From Eledone cirrhosa (taxonomy: Eukaryota), in NCBI GenBank assembly GCA_964016885.1, contig OZ024741.1, positions 33,418,001-33,482,000 on the forward strand: DNA of 64,000 nt, given 5' to 3'. The stretch's first letter is position 1. The number at the start of each line of letters is the position of its first letter. A model generated the notes under the pieces. That model was not told where the DNA came from. It saw only the letters and a list, made by a program, of their open reading frames with translations, and made no database searches. Below, piece after piece: positions 12,557 to 27,734 of the stretch. Both the position numbers and the translations under genes were made by a program.

Positions 12557-13716
12557 TCACGTATCACTTTGGTCCTTCAAAGACCGAATCGTGGACTTGT
12601 TACCACTTTTCGCCTCCGTCATTCGGGTCCAGCTAACAGCTTTGGCTCCCTCGTTTCCCAGAGCACGTATTTTGCTTCTGACAACGCAGCCTTCATGCTT
12701 TGCGTCGAAGAACTGGTCCAAGGCCGTTCTCATCGCTAGCACGCTGGCTACGTTGCCACTCCTAAGTGCCTCTTCTACTTTATCAACCAGTTCTTTTCCG
12801 GTCTTATTTCTATCTAACACGAAATTCTTTACTAAAACCTATCGAGTCTAATCTAACTGCCCTCTTGAGAGAGTACCACCATCTGTTGTTGACAATGGCC
12901 CCCGTCAAGTGCTGCTTAACTAAAGTGCTAATCCGTCTACTGTAGGCTTTGCATGTCGGTAACGACAAGTTCAGCTTCCAGTAGCCGGGTCCCTGTCTAT
13001 GGGTTTTGTCAATGTTTACTAAGCAGGTCACTAATTTGTGATCTGAATAGGCAACCATCAACATTTGTGGACAGCTTAACATGTCCCTATCCTTTGTCTA
13101 ACTAGAACCCTATCTAGGTACGATCTAGATGTTCCGCTGATTTTTTGTCCACGTCCACAGTGGCACAGTCGGAAAATCTAGTCGATATCTATCGGCCAGG
13201 TCAAATCGGCCGATTAACTGTTTGAGGCTGTTACACCCCCCTCTATCGGGACATGCTCCCACATAGTCCCAACGTGCATCTAGGATTCCATTCTAGTCCC
13301 CCACTAACAGCAGGGAGCGGAACGTTCCCAGAAAGTCTCTAGACGTTTGAAGAAATCTGGCCGCGGTGTCCCGGATGGGGCATATGCGGTCACCAGCCTG
13401 AAGGCTCCACCTTCACTACCGTCAACGTCTAGGACCACCAGTCGACCCTCTGGGTCCAGATGTACCGTCTGTGTTACGAGGTCTAGGTGTTTCCGCAGCA
13501 AAATGGAAACCCAAACCCCACCTACCGCCTGACAGAGAGATGCGTAGATCTCAAAGTCGTCGAAGATGGGGGCCAGTTGTCGCTCGCTGTGGATCCTGGA
13601 CTCGCAAAGGCTACTACATCCATACTGTGCGACCTGAGGTCTTTTAAGAGTTTGCCCTGTTTCCAGGGCATCCCCAGGCCGCGTACATTCATACATCCAA
13701 CTCTTATATTGGCCAT
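12557..13716 (-). pseudogene. ORF2 apurinic-like endonuclease and linker (fragmented)
   Basis: MANIRVGCMNVRGL, DPEGRLVVLDV..AYAPS, SDHKLV and GPGYWKLN motifs across several frames. Confidence 0.88.
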
Positions 13717-13789
13717 GTTGGTGCTGAAAAGTTAAAAGAAGAGGAAAAGAAATCACTCACCTCTTCGTCTCCTGGGGACCAGGCTGCAC

Positions 13790-14755
13790 AATTTCCATGG
13801 CGGTGTTGGAGGGTTGTTTGGTGGGGTGGTGGTCTCTAGCGGGGTGGGGACGGAGATGTTTGGTGGGGAGGGGTGTCAGATTGGGTGGGGGTGGGGAAAC
13901 ATTTCAAAAGGGTTTGACGCAGGGGTTACCTACGTCGTTCGGAAACTTTTCTTTTAACTGTTTATGTGTGTCCATGGAGATCCTAATCATTTTAAGATTA
14001 GGATTCTCCGCAGAGTGTGAAAAAGTTTTCCCTTCGGTGGAGACCGAAGGGTTTTTATATATGGTGTCTGTTAAAGTGTTATTGTTAGTATTTATGTAGG
14101 TGTAACATTTTTGTTGTGTTGTGTTGAATTTTTTCGGTGGTTCTTGTGTGTGTTTACGTTTTGTAGTAGGTGTTTTGTTTTCAGGAGGGGGTGTTTTTGT
14201 TTGTGCTGTATGCGTCGCTTGTATTGGTGTTTGTGTGTTTATTGCATTTTTGTTTGTGTTATGTCTTTTCTTTTTTCTTTTTACTGGTCGGAAAGGCCCC
14301 CCCCCCCCCTCATCGTCACTGGGTGACGATGATGAGGCCTCATCCGTGTTGTTGGGGAGGGGTACATTTTGAGGAGCTGTTGTGTGTGTGGGTGTTTCTG
14401 AAGTTGTTTTAGTTGGGGAGGGGTTGGGTGAGACTGTGTTTGCAGTTTGGTTTGTTTTTGTGTGTTGTTGTTGTGGTGGTGGTGGTGGTGGTTGTGTTGT
14501 TGTGTTGGGTGTCGGCAGTAGTGCCTTTTTTTTAATGCAGTTAATTGAGGAAAGGAAGCCCTCAGGTGACCACTGTTTAAACAGTGGTAACATGAAGGCC
14601 GTCTACCCTCAACAGAAATGTTTATGTAGGAATTTCCATCCAGAGGCATACGTTGTGGTATTCTAGCTATCCGTTCTGGTCTCATTTGGACCAGAACTTC
14701 TAAGCTTGTACCGTTGAATATGCCCCTGGAGCCTTTCCTACCGACATTACTGTAC
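13790..14755 (-). pseudogene. ORF1 remnant (gag-like zinc knuckle plus low-complexity tail)
   Basis: EGRRPSCYHCLNSGHLRASFP is a degenerate CX2CX4HX4C, followed by a P/T/K-rich region upstream of ORF2. Confidence 0.7.
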
Positions 14756-14825
14756 TGTCATCAAAATAGATGAAACCAGCTATTATCCACCAGATGTTTA
14801 CATTTGGTGTGATGTTTGTTATTTT

Positions 14826-15970
14826 TAGGTAGGTAGTTAGGTAGATAAGTAGGTAGGTTGTTAGGTAGGTAGGTTGGTAGGTTGGTAGGTATATAGGTAG
14901 GTAGGTAGGTAGGTAGGTAGGTAGGTAGGTAGGTAGGTAGGTAGGTAGGTAGGTAGGTATATAGGTAGGTAGGTAGGTTGGTAGGTAGGTAGGTAGGTAG
15001 GTAGGTAGGTAGGTAGGTAGGTAGGTAGGTAGGTAGATAGGTAAGTATGTATGTAGGTAGGTAGGTAGTTAGGTTGGTAGATAGGTAAGTAGGTAGGTAG
15101 GTAGGTAGGTAGGTAGGTAGGTAGGTAGGTAGGTAGGTAGTTAGGTAGGTAGGTAGGTAGGTAGGTAGGTAGGTAGGTAGGTAGGTAGGTAGGTAGGTAG
15201 GTAGGTAGGTAGGTGGATAGGTAGGTAGGTAGGTAGGTAGGTAGGTAGGTAGGTAGGTAGGTAGGTAGAGAGGTAGGTAGGTAGGTAGGTAGGTAGGTGG
15301 ATAGGTAGGTAGGTAGGTAGGTAGGTGGATAGGTAGGTAGGTAGGTGGATAGGTAGGTAGGTAGGTAGGTAGGTGGATAGGTAGGTAGGTAGGTAGGTAG
15401 GTAGGTAGGTAGGTAGGTAGAGAGGTAGAGAGGTAGGTAGGTAGGTAGGTGGATAGGTAGGTAGGTAGGTAGGTAGGTAGGTAGGTAGGTAGGTAGGTAG
15501 GTAGGTAGGTGGATAGGTAGGTAGGTAGGTAGGTAGGTAGGTAGGTAGGTAGGTAGGTAGGTGGATAGGTAGGTAGGTAGGTAGGTAGGTAATAGGTAGG
15601 CAGGTAGGTAGGTAGGTAGGTAGGTAGGTAGGTAGGTAGGTGGATAGGTAGGTAGGTATGTAGAGAGGTAGGTAGGTAGGAATGTAGAGAGGTAGGTAGG
15701 TAGGTAGGTAGTTAGGTAAGTAGGTAGGTAGGTAGGTAGGTAGGTAAGTAGGTAGTTAGGTAGGTAGGTAGGTAGGTAGGTAGGTAGAGAGGTAGGTAGG
15801 TAGGTAGGTAGGTAGGTAGGTAGGTAGGTAGGTAGGTGCATAGGTAGGTAGGTAGGTAGGTAGGTGGATAGGTAGGTAGGTAGGTAGAGAGGTAGGTAGG
15901 TAGGTAGGTAGGTAGGTAGGTAGGTAGGTGCATAGGTAGGTAGGTGCATAGGTAGGTAGGTAGGTAGGTA
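14826..15970. repeat. (TAGG)n microsatellite, about 1.1 kb
   Basis: Directly visible; source of the LPTY-repeat ORFs. Confidence 0.97.
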
Positions 15971-16299
15971 AATGTACAAAACTCACACATACACATATAT
16001 TATACAATGTGATGCATACATACACACATACATATAAGCATATATATACACGCCATCAATATAGAGAAGTATACATCGTTTTATGTAAAATAGTCGGATA
16101 TCGGCAAACTGACGCTCTACAAGAGAACTTTCGTCAAACCGTTTAAAAAACAGATACAATATCTGCTGAAGTTAATGTGCTGATAGTGGTTGGCAGTTAC
16201 ACAGACAACACTTGACTAAGAAACAAGAACAACAGATAGCAAAGCATCTACAACTCCATAGCATATTTAAATATTATGTATAAACCTTTAACATATGTT

Positions 16300-17600
16300 G
16301 TCTATTGCGATACGGAGACTTATGAAGAGGCATCAGGAAAGAATGAAATTTAGCGCTCTGTTGATCAGAAAGTCATCAACAAAGCTTTACTTGAGAACGC
16401 GAAGGAGCACTGTTGAAGTCTCCTGACAGTAAGCTTAGACTAAAAGGTGTTTAACACATAGCAGAGTCACTGTGCTTGGCATAATGACATCTGTAATTGT
16501 CGATCTCAATAGAAGTCTATTATATGGCCATTATACAATTACTAAGAAAGGAAACAACTATTACAGCCACAAACTGAAGTAGGTTATCGACAGGAATATT
16601 GCAAATTGACAGCTTGTCTACAATGATATTTGACCGTGCTATCAGGGCTAACCTTGTCACCCCTCTGAAGAAATGCCAAAGCTATATTTTAGGATCTACA
16701 GAGGAGAAGAAAATCATGTCAGTCGCGATGAGAGAAGCTGTATTTAGAAAATGTTCACGATACCATGAGGCAGGTAGAAGTAGTAGCAACATTCTCATCG
16801 GACATAGGAATAAATCTCCATATGGGGTGATCAATCGAGGAAAGTTTGTCGACTATACTAGAAATGTGGATATCAATGGCTTGTATGTTTCCCTTATCTC
16901 AAATGACAAGTATTTAGGAATTTATAAAAATGTTGCATACACTAGTATTGTGAAGAAAGCTAGAAAGAGAAAAGTATATTTCAAAATATGTAAGTCGTAG
17001 TTCTGTGCAAAACAATATGTCATATTGCTTTTGCAATGTTAATGCTAGGACCAACATTTGGGATACTTGACTGAACACTTAAAGATATCTGCAAGATTAG
17101 GAAGATATTAATGGCTACTAGTTGTAAGAAACTCCACAACTGTAATGATATTAACACTATATTAGAAGGAGAGGTGAAGCTAGACGCATAAGGGAGGTCT
17201 AAATTGCCTTTGAATACCACGTTGTATCACACATCTATTGGACGCAAAAAAGGAAGATATATGTACACCACATATGTACTCAACTGAGAAAGTAATATCT
17301 TAAGAGTAACTAAAGAAATTCTGAACAGATACTCGGAATGTACTCTGCGTTTCACGAGATTCAGTGGTAGCTAGACTAGCCAACTTAAAGAGAAACAATG
17401 GAGAGAGATACTCATCAGCAGAAATTTATACATAGGTGCATAACCCACGCATTGATAGGAAAAACAACCCACATCAAATGTCATCTAGAAAGATACACCG
17501 TTACTATAGAGGAACAGGAGATAAATAGAAAATGTCTGATCAACAGATGAGATTAAGATAGCTTCAAACCACCATGTTGGAATGGTTAATGTGGGTTGTT
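16300..17600 (+). pseudogene. Highly decayed R4/Dong-like LINE RT region
   Basis: Fragments translate as VATFSSDIG, VINRGK..DINGL..KYLGI..NVAY and AFAM..PTFGILD*TL..RKIL, resembling the post-YxDD RT/thumb region of R4-clade elements. Boundaries approximate. Confidence 0.55.
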
Positions 17601-18303
17601 ATACCCTGCTAAATATATTGCCCATATCATAAGCTGCTAAAACAATTCCGCAAGCTTATTACTTTGCTATGAAACATGACATTGTTGTCAAAACTATCAA
17701 TTAAACAACTCCTTACATATAAAGAAATGAAAGGTATGGTCACAGCTGGAATGTCTTTGATCATAGATTTGATCAGTCAAGGCTGACCTGGGGCTAAACA
17801 GCAACTATCATTTTAACGATTTTCTTTTTGCTATTTTTTTACCCTTTTTTCCTTCTGACTGTCTTACTGCGTATTTACGAGTCTGTCTTTTTAGTCAACT
17901 AAACTATGGAGCTATCTCTATGTCATCCTGTCGTCTGTCGGTCTCTGTTCTTATATATGTCTCTCTGCCTGTCTGTCTGTCTGTCTCTATGTCATCCTGT
18001 CGTTTGTCGGTCTCTGTTCTGACTATTTCTATGTCTCCTCTTCCTTAAATACGTTTTCATTGTTATTTCCAATGTATAAATTTCGACAAATTTTGAATTC
18101 CAGCTGCCATGTTTTACAGCAAATGGTTTTCTTTTAAAAACACAACATCGAAGTGTTTTTGCTGCTGTTGCTGCAGCTGCTTCTGTTGTTGCTGCTGCTG
18201 CTTCAGTTGCTGTTGCTGATGGTGAGGAGAATAATAGCAGGGGGGAGGCTGTCGTAGTAGTTGTGACGATAGGGGTGAGAATAGATGGAGTTGTAAAAGG
18301 ATA

Positions 18304-18519
18304 GTGATGATGATGATGATGATGATTATGATGATGATGATGATGATGATGATGACGATGACGACGATAATGATGGTGATGATGATGATAATGACGAAGA
18401 AGAGGAGGAGGAGGAAGAAGTGGAGGAGGTTGATGATGATGATAATAATAATAGAGGTGGTAGTAGTGGTAGTGACTTTGGAGTGAATGGTATTAATGGT
18501 ATGTTGTTAAGGATGATGG

Positions 18520-18550
<31 letters not shown>
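18304..18550. repeat. (GAT)n-rich trinucleotide region
   Basis: Directly visible. Confidence 0.9.
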
Positions 18551-19127
18551 CCTGATCATGCTGGTGTTGGGGCTTGGGAGTTTTAATGGTCATGATAACC
18601 CTTATAACCTAATATTAGTTGGTCATTGAAGTATTATTTTGTCTCATTAACCATAATCCACTTTATTTTTAATGTAATTTAATTCAAGTTAATCTATTTC
18701 ATTTTAACAAATTATTTCTATTCTACGTGTCGTTACGGTCAGATGTTATAACAAGGAACACAACCCCTTAGCATAAACCCTAATATCACTTAATCTCATT
18801 AGAACCGCTTCTCTTTATTCATTATTCGCAATAAAATAATCTATTAACATTTTTCCTGGAGTTCTCCGGAAATTGAAGGAAGCCACTTCAATCGCACGTG
18901 GAGTAGTTGAGGGAAAGTCACAAAGGCTGCGTTGTTTTATACCAACACTAATGCATTACATATTCCCAGTTCGAATTTATATGAAACTTTAAGTAACATG
19001 TGTTGACAAGATTCTTCAATGTAAATATAAAATATCTATTTCTGTTTTTATAATATAGAGTGAATGCTCCTTTTGTCATACGACACTCGTCACAAACGCA
19101 CACATGTCTATATATATATATATGTAT

Positions 19128-19163
<36 letters not shown>

Positions 19164-19366
19164 GTGAGAAAAACCACAGACCCTCCATCTCAACTCTACT
19201 TTTGAAAAGCAGAAGAACTGCGAAACCGGTAGAGGAACCAAATAAATATATATATTTTTAAAAAAAATAAGACTCCAGTTGCATTTTCGATTTCATCTTT
19301 TTTTCTTTATACTTTCACTCGTGTAGGACACCTCAGTTATTTTTCATTTTGTAAAAAAAACCTCAC

Positions 19367-19438
<72 letters not shown>

Positions 19439-19454
19439 TATACACGCACACAAT

Positions 19455-19531
<77 letters not shown>

Positions 19532-19577
19532 GTATACATATTTATATCATATGTAGACAGATAGATAGATAGATATG

Positions 19578-20558
19578 TTTCTTTATTAGCCACAGGGGCA
19601 CAAAAGAAGGGGACAAATACAAAGGGGGAAGTTTACATACAATAAAAACGTGTAAAATGTTATCACAAATGCAATTTAAAAATTAGTCGATTTTCCCCAA
19701 TAGGGGGAGACAGTTCATATGGGTAACACATACCCCCGAAAAAATGTGCAACCCTCCTCTCCAGGAGTACGAAGAGTTTGTACTCCTTTCCTCTCCTCCT
19801 CCTTTTCCTCAACCTACAGGCTGATATAGAGAGAAGGCCCATTCACTCGGGCCATTCTCGCCACATTCACCCACCTTTCATAAAACTTGCTGGGGTACAG
19901 CACCTCTCTCTCCATCCTGATTCTTCTTCTAAAGTGTTATTTGAAAAAAAGAATCAGTTGTTGGCCGGAGAGAAATGTGTCTGACCTCAGCCCTTTCAAC
20001 CTTATCCACCATACCACCTCTTTCGCCATAGCTATCACACAAAGGAAAACCGCCTCTCCTTCGTTTTTGAAGGTGGGTGGCGGTTTGATCATGACAATGG
20101 ACTCGGTGGCCAACCGGATTGGTCCCACCCGCGACAATAGTCGTTCTACATAGCCCCACAGGTCAGTGACGCCCGGGCAGTGTATGAATGCGTGCGCGAC
20201 GGTTTCTTCGTCTCACACGCACCTCGGACAGATCTTTTTTGCAGGGTCCCTGCCCGGGCGCCCATGTCTGTAGAGCTTGTCTCGAACTGGTAGAGCTCAT
20301 CGGTAGCACTGCCAGGCCAGGGACTTTTGGAAGTTGTCCATCGGTCCCGGGCGGAAGGTCCTACCGAACAGACTGGCCAATTCATCTTCCTATACGCCTA
20401 GAGTTTCACCGAGCGCGTCGTCGCACTTGCTGCGGATCAACCCTCTATAGAATGACGAAGTGGAGTCTCCACTGATCGCCGGGTCCGCATGCCAGAGGGC
20501 TGTGAGCGCCTGAGCACATTCGATGTGCCAGTCGCCCATTTTCCTCGGTCTTTGCTTG

Positions 20559-20559
<1 letters not shown>
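19578..20559 (-). mobile_element. Tx1-like LINE, 5'-truncated copy
   Basis: Closely homologous to about 9985-11013; (TAGA)n on both sides. Confidence 0.93.
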
Positions 20560-20623
<64 letters not shown>

Positions 20624-20843
20624 TACATGCATACACACACGTACATACACACTTATTTTTACTGGTTTCATTTATTAGACTGCAGCGATACTGTGACACG
20701 ATGCAGCATCCTGCAATGAAATAGCAGTTTACAGGTTTACAAGAGCCTCTACAGAAGCCAACGAATTAAAGACTGTGCTGTCTCGCCATGGGAAAGAATA
20801 ACTGTGTAATTCTCCTCAAATAATAGCCTACTTTCTTTTTAAG

Positions 20844-21035
20844 TGAAGGCGTGTGGCTGAGTGGTTAGAGAATTGGATTCACAATGTTGTGAGTTCGATT
20901 CCTGGACCGGGTGATGCGTTATGTCCTTGAGCAAGACACTTTATTTCACGTTGCTCCTTCTACCTGGAGTTGCGACTAATAGCTAGTATTAGCAATTGGA
21001 AACACCGACGAAAACATTGTTTCCTCGGTCCGAAA
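20844..21035 (+). mobile_element. tRNA-derived SINE family B
   Basis: TGGCTGAGTGG A box, GTTCGATTCC B box, core GTCCTTGAGCAAGACACTTTATTTCACGTTGCTCC. Confidence 0.85.
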
Positions 21036-21446
21036 GTCAATCGATCCTTTCTTTCTTTTTAAAAGGGAAGAACACATTGAATAAATTTTTGCAAGATTAG
21101 AATTGATATGGGACTAAAGAGTAGGTATGACACAGTAGGTAGGTCAGCTAAATCATTTGCTATGGGAGATGAATGTGAAAAGAAATATAGGTCAACCCCT
21201 GTTTGCAAGGAATCAATAGCTTAGTTCAAAATTAGTCCAGAGTTGTTCACAAAATTTCTCTCTCCCTCTCTTCGTATCTTTCCTGTTAATATAGAACGTC
21301 AATGGAAGCCAAATAAATATAAAGATGAGGCCGATGAGTATAATAATTTCGGGCATATTATTGGTTTCCAGGCTGTTTAAAGATGCCAGAAAGGAGAGTA
21401 TGAAGGGGAAAGACAGGCATATGTATGCATGTATGTTTGTATGTAT

Positions 21447-21560
<114 letters not shown>

Positions 21561-21607
21561 ATAATGATAATAATTGAATATAATAGTTAAGGTAGTCGTT
21601 GTGATAA

Positions 21608-21785
21608 TAATTGTTTCTACTTTAGGCACAAGGCTACCAATTATCCCAGTGTATTACTGGTACTTTATTTTATTGACCCCATAAGGATGAAAGGCAAAGT
21701 TAACCTCAGCGGGATTTGAACTTAGACCGCAAAGGGGCGTAACTCTATGCTACAAAGCATGGCGTCCGACCCTCTGCCGATAATG
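21608..21785 (-). mobile_element. SINE family A
   Basis: Reverse complement of the 5763-5945 body. Confidence 0.85.
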
Positions 21786-21839
21786 GTAATGAAAATCATG
21801 AATAGGCGCACACGAACTTGCTGGTACACCCTCCCCACG

Positions 21840-22390
21840 CCTTTGTCCACACCGCTGACTTTTTCACATCACTAAAAAGCTCTTCCCCATACGGTATAAG
21901 TACTACACAATCCTTAATAGGAACACAATTTGTCTCTCTTACTTAACCACAACTAACATAGCCGAGAACATAGCCAATCTGAATATATTTAAAATGAACA
22001 AGTCCACAACTTCCGGAACCCACAGAGGTACTGTGCAACTTCCCAAACAAAGACACACTCATTTGACAACAAACGATTGACGAACGACATCGTATACAAA
22101 TGTGATGTTACACACAACACCAAAAAGCATACATTGGTATGACACCGAACAGATTCAAGACCCGGTGGTACGCCCCCCCCCCCCAGTTTCAGAAGACCGG
22201 TCAAGGCCAACCGAACGGCACTCGACGTCCATGTAATGGGATCTAAAGAAGAAATCATTCCATTCACCCTCAAATGGAGGATACTTTAATAGGCGCGCTC
22301 ATACATGAGCGGACATAAGTACTGTGGATTATGCACCACCGAAACTACGAAATAATATTCGCCAAGGGCCCCATTTTGAACAAACTCTCT
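21840..22390 (+). pseudogene. Decayed Penelope-like linker and GIY-YIG endonuclease
   Basis: Pieces KLFP..KYYTILNRNTICLSY, CNF..DIVYKCDV..YIGMTPNRFKTRW and FTLKWRIL..CGLCTTE match the PLE linker and endonuclease pattern. Confidence 0.7.
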
Positions 22391-22569
22391 GATAAAGAGA
22401 ACGCTAGGATGGATCGGTGGATTATTACTCGCTTAAGTATCTACCTTCTCCTTTAACACCCCGCTCCCATTACGAATCATTTTACCGTATTGATGGTTGT
22501 GACTATAATCATAATGACAATTATTATTGCGATTATCACGAGGATCACCGTTATTATCTTTAATATCAC

Positions 22570-22762
22570 CGGCGGTGGATTGGCAGTATCGGTAGAGGGT
22601 CGGACGCCATGCTTTGACGTATAGAGTTACGGCCCTTGCCATTCTGAGTTCAAATCCCGCCGAGGTTAACTTTGCCTTTCATCCTTACGGGGTCGATAAA
22701 ATAAAGTACCAGTAATACACTGGATAATTGCTGGCCTTGTGCCAAAAGTAGAAACAATTATC
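22570..22762 (+). mobile_element. SINE family A (complete)
   Basis: Head GGCGGTGGATTGGCAGTATCGG, B box GAGTTCAAATCCC, conserved core, tail GTGCCAAAAGTAGAAACAATT. Confidence 0.9.
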
Positions 22763-23016
22763 TTTAATATCACCATTACTACAAAGTTACGATTTTCATC
22801 ATCATTTACCTTAACTATTATATTGAAATTTTTATCATTATACTAGAGTCGTATTTTGTCATTCAGTACTGTGACTTTTATTACTATTAATTTCTATATT
22901 ATATAATATATTACCATATCGCTACAGTTATTACTATCATAGCCAAAGTTATGAATATCGTTATTAATCATAGTATTACTACACACACGCGCGCGCGCGC
23001 GCACGCGCACACACAT

Positions 23017-23051
<35 letters not shown>

Positions 23052-23164
23052 TTTATATATACATACATTTTATCGATCAATATTTGTCGAACTGGGACAG
23101 TTAAACAAAGATCAATGGAAATCGGAAATGCACACACACTCACACACACAAACATATATATATA

Positions 23165-23933
<769 letters not shown>

Positions 23934-24081
23934 AGGCAGCGAATTGGCTGAGTTGATAGAACAACGGATAGAATGGTTTGCGGTAAACCGGTATTCGTTT
24001 CAACCCTCTGAGATCAAATCCCGCCGAGGTCAACTTTGCCTTCATTCATTTGAGATTGATAGAAAAATAAAGTACCAGTCT
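23934..24081 (+). mobile_element. SINE family A (diverged)
   Basis: CAAATCCCGCCGAGGTCAACTTTGCCTTCAT..AAATAAAGTACCAG. Confidence 0.75.
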
Positions 24082-24104
24082 ACTACTACTACTACTACTA
24101 CTAC

Positions 24105-24143
<39 letters not shown>

Positions 24144-24161
24144 ATGTGATGTGTGTGTGTG

Positions 24162-24360
24162 TGAGTGGTTAGAGAATTTGATTCGCAATTGTGAGATTGT
24201 GAATTCAATTCCCAGACCGGGCGATGCGTTATGTCCTTGAGCAAGATATTTTATTTCACGTTGCTCCTTCTACCTGGAGTTGCGATCGATAGATAGTATT
24301 AGCAATTGGAAAGACCAATGGAAACATTGTTTCCTCGGTCCGATTTGACGAATGTCGATC
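24162..24360 (+). mobile_element. SINE family B
   Basis: Homologous to 20844-21035. Confidence 0.85.
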
Positions 24361-24668
24361 GTTCCTTATATATATATATTCGCCATTGCCTCCGTTTCTA
24401 TACAATCCCATGCTTTTACATGTGTGAATGTGCGTATGGATGGATTGGTGGATGGGTGGAATGATGGGTGAATAGGTAGATGCTGGGATGGAGGAAGAGA
24501 TTGATGGGTGTATGGGTCGATGGATGGAGGATGGAGGAATGTATACAAATGCGAGTAAATATTATATGTGTGTGTTATGCACAGGAATGCGTTTACGGGG
24601 CTCCCTTTTTCAAATTAGTTAATAACATTTTCTGAGCAGCTGTTTCAATAGTTGTATTATCGTGTGTC

Positions 24669-24780
<112 letters not shown>

Positions 24781-24921
24781 GTGTATATATATATATGTAT
24801 GTATACATATATATATATGTATGTATATATATATGTATATTATATATATATCTATATATGTATATATATATGTATGTATATATATATATTTATGTATATA
24901 TATACATATATATGTATATAA

Positions 24922-24958
<37 letters not shown>

Positions 24959-24988
24959 GACAGACTGATAGATAGACAGATAGATATA

Positions 24989-25492
24989 TTTCTTTATTAG
25001 CCACAAGGGCGCACAAGAAAAGGGGACAATACAAAGACACATGCCGGGGATTTTACATACAGTCGTGTAAAAATATTGAAACAAACAATTACAACAATCG
25101 AAATCCCCAATGGGGGGGGGGCACAAATTGGTTGTTTAATACCCCGTCGATAGAACAACCCTCAACTTCAGGAGCGTTTTGTGCAAGTGCTCTCTTCTTC
25201 CTTTTGCTCTCTTCTTTAACCTACTGTCTTATAAACAGAGAAGGTCCAATCACTCGGGCCATTTTCACTTCATTCATCCACCTGGGGTGCAGTGCCTCTC
25301 TCTCCACCCTGATTCTCCTTCTAAAGTGATACTTAAAGAAGAGAATCAATTGTTGTCCGGAGAGAAAGGCATCTGTTCTCAGTCCTCTCAATCTCGTCCA
25401 CCATATAACTTCTTTCACCATAGCCACTGTACAGAGGAAAACCGCCTCTCTTTCGTTTTTGAAAGAGGTTGGCGGTTTGATCCTTACTATGG
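24989..25492 (-). mobile_element. Tx1-like LINE, 5'-truncated copy
   Basis: Same 3' end (TTTCTTTATTAGCCAC on +); encodes EVIWWTRLRGLRTD; flanked by (TAGA)n. Confidence 0.9.
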
Positions 25493-25508
25493 TAGTTAGA
25501 TAGCTAGT

Positions 25509-25586
<78 letters not shown>

Positions 25587-25588
25587 TA

Positions 25589-25841
25589 TTTCTTTATTAG
25601 CCACAGGGGCACAAAAGAAGGGGACAAATACAAAGGGGGAAGTTTACATACAATAAAAACGTGTAAAATGTTATCACAGATGGAATTTAAAAGTTAGTCG
25701 ATTTTCCCCAATAGAGGGAGACAGTTTATATGGGTAACACATACCCCCGAAAAAAATGTGCAACCCTCATCTCCAGGAGTACGAAGAGCTTGTACTCCTT
25801 TCCTCTCCTCCTCCTTTTCCTCAATCTACAGGCTGATATAG
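25589..25841 (-). mobile_element. Tx1-like LINE, short 3' copy
   Basis: Near-identical to 19578-19830; (TAGA)n on both sides. Confidence 0.9.
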
Positions 25842-26335
25842 ATAGATAGATAGATAGATATGTGTGTGCTTGTGTCTGTGTCTCTCTGTGTAAATGTGAA
25901 TGTGTGTGCTTAAACAAGTCACTTGTACTCGTATATCTACATAGAATAAAGTATCCGAACACATATTTGCCCGCCTTCTAAACTAAACATATCTTCTAAA
26001 AATTAACAAAAGCAACATGTGTTCGAAAATGTGAGCATTTCTTCTACTTCTTTAACTCTACATATCTTTAACAATCTGTTTGTGTTGCTGCAAATGTGGT
26101 TAAAATTGTCCGTTAATTATTGGTGCAAAACAGCATGAGGTTCCTTGTGTTTCTATATGAATAAATAAATACATATATACAATCATGCTTGCATCCATAT
26201 ATACATACATGCATACATGATGACTGCCCCCTCATTATCGAGTATGGCCATTGCACGAAAAAAAGAAAAAAAACATGATAATAATAATAATAATAATAAC
26301 AATAATAATAACGACAACAACAACAATAATAATAT

Positions 26336-26380
<45 letters not shown>

Positions 26381-26389
26381 TAAACATAT

Positions 26390-26464
<75 letters not shown>

Positions 26465-26465
<1 letters not shown>

Positions 26466-26645
26466 TTATTACGATCAGCAGCAACATTTTCCCATGTATC
26501 AGCAGAGATGTTAGCGTCTTTCAAAGAGGCTTTCAATTAATCCTTATACCTCTTTTTTGGTTTATGTGGAGGTCGTTTTCCTTTAACTAACTCTCCATAT
26601 TCTAGAATCCTTCATCCTGGCAAGGTGGCCATTCCAACGGAGTCT
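26465..26645 (-). pseudogene. RTE-clade LINE C-terminal fragment
   Basis: LRWNGHLARM..YGELVKGKRPPHKPKKRYKD*LKASLK..WENVAADR. Confidence 0.8.
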
Positions 26646-26659
26646 ATATATACATACAT

Positions 26660-27260
26660 GGTGGCTGCCAACTCGTTTTCGAGTACGGCCACTACTTTAT
26701 ATCCATGTAGAAGAACCACTACCGATGCGCTGAACGAGTGTGACTTTTTAGTCCAGCCAGCGACTTGAAAACTCTGGTACTAACACTACACTTGTGACAA
26801 TTATTGACACATAGTGCTGGGCCCATGGTACCATGTGACGACAAGTGCAGAGAGATCTCCAGATATAAAGCAATGCCTGTGCCATGAAGCTTTTATAGTG
26901 AGCAAAGGCACTGCACAAAGCCAGTCCCACTCTCTTAACCAAGATGATATTTACCAAAAAGAAAAACAAGTCAACATCATTGGATACCATCAGGGTTGCA
27001 GGTGTTATATCAAAGTTTTCCTTCTCCTAGAATTCTGCCTTGACAATGGCTAAGGGGTCATCTCTCCCGGTGATTTTGGATGGCCATTGACTCTTAAGAG
27101 CTCCTTTGCCCTTTGACAGGTTTTGTTTTTATTCCTGCAGGATGTCCAAAGTCACCCTTCTCACCAAGAAACCTTGGTGGGGTTGCCAGTTTAGTCGCCA
27201 ACGACCCGACCATGAGTCAGGTTGTACTGGGATACATGTTACCAGTAGTACCAGCTGGTG
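26660..27260 (-). mobile_element. Putative non-autonomous RTE-derived element (second copy)
   Basis: Colinear with 23165-23767. Confidence 0.55.
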
Positions 27261-27563
27261 ACCTGACATACATACATACATACATACATACATACATACA
27301 TACATACATACATACATACATAAAAACGTACATACATGCGTGCCTACATACATAAATGCTTACATAGATACATACAATATCTGTCGAGGACTGTTACAGA
27401 TACTTAGAGGTAGAGGAAAATATATCCTATGATGGCATTTGTAACAACGAACCCGTAACCAGGGAATGTAAGAAAAAATATGTAGTGGCCAAAATACTAT
27501 ATAATGCAGTCTGTTGAAATAATAGCCCTAACAATAAACATAAAAAGCTACAGCAATGTGAAT

Positions 27564-27716
<153 letters not shown>

Positions 27717-27734
27717 ATATATATGTCCTTCACA

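Larger units (their letters stand above)
9985..14755 (-). mobile_element. Tx1/L1-clade non-LTR retrotransposon, near full length, frameshifted
   Basis: Domain order on the minus strand: ORF1 zinc knuckle, APE, RT (KSPGLDG, FRPITLLN, LDQSKAFDRVDH, RQGCPLS, AYADD), C-terminal CPRC..HAFVHC. Ends GGCTAATAAAGAAA next to (TAGG/TAGA)n. Confidence 0.95.

Noticed and set aside
9985-14755. Active autonomous LINE
   Set aside because: Multiple frameshifts and stops in ORF1 and ORF2, although some could be sequencing errors.
14826-15970. Telomeric repeat
   Set aside because: The unit is TAGG, not TTAGGG or TTAGG; it is a tetranucleotide microsatellite.
20844-20905. tRNA genes at SINE heads
   Set aside because: A and B boxes are present but the acceptor stem is missing and the sequence continues into a SINE core.
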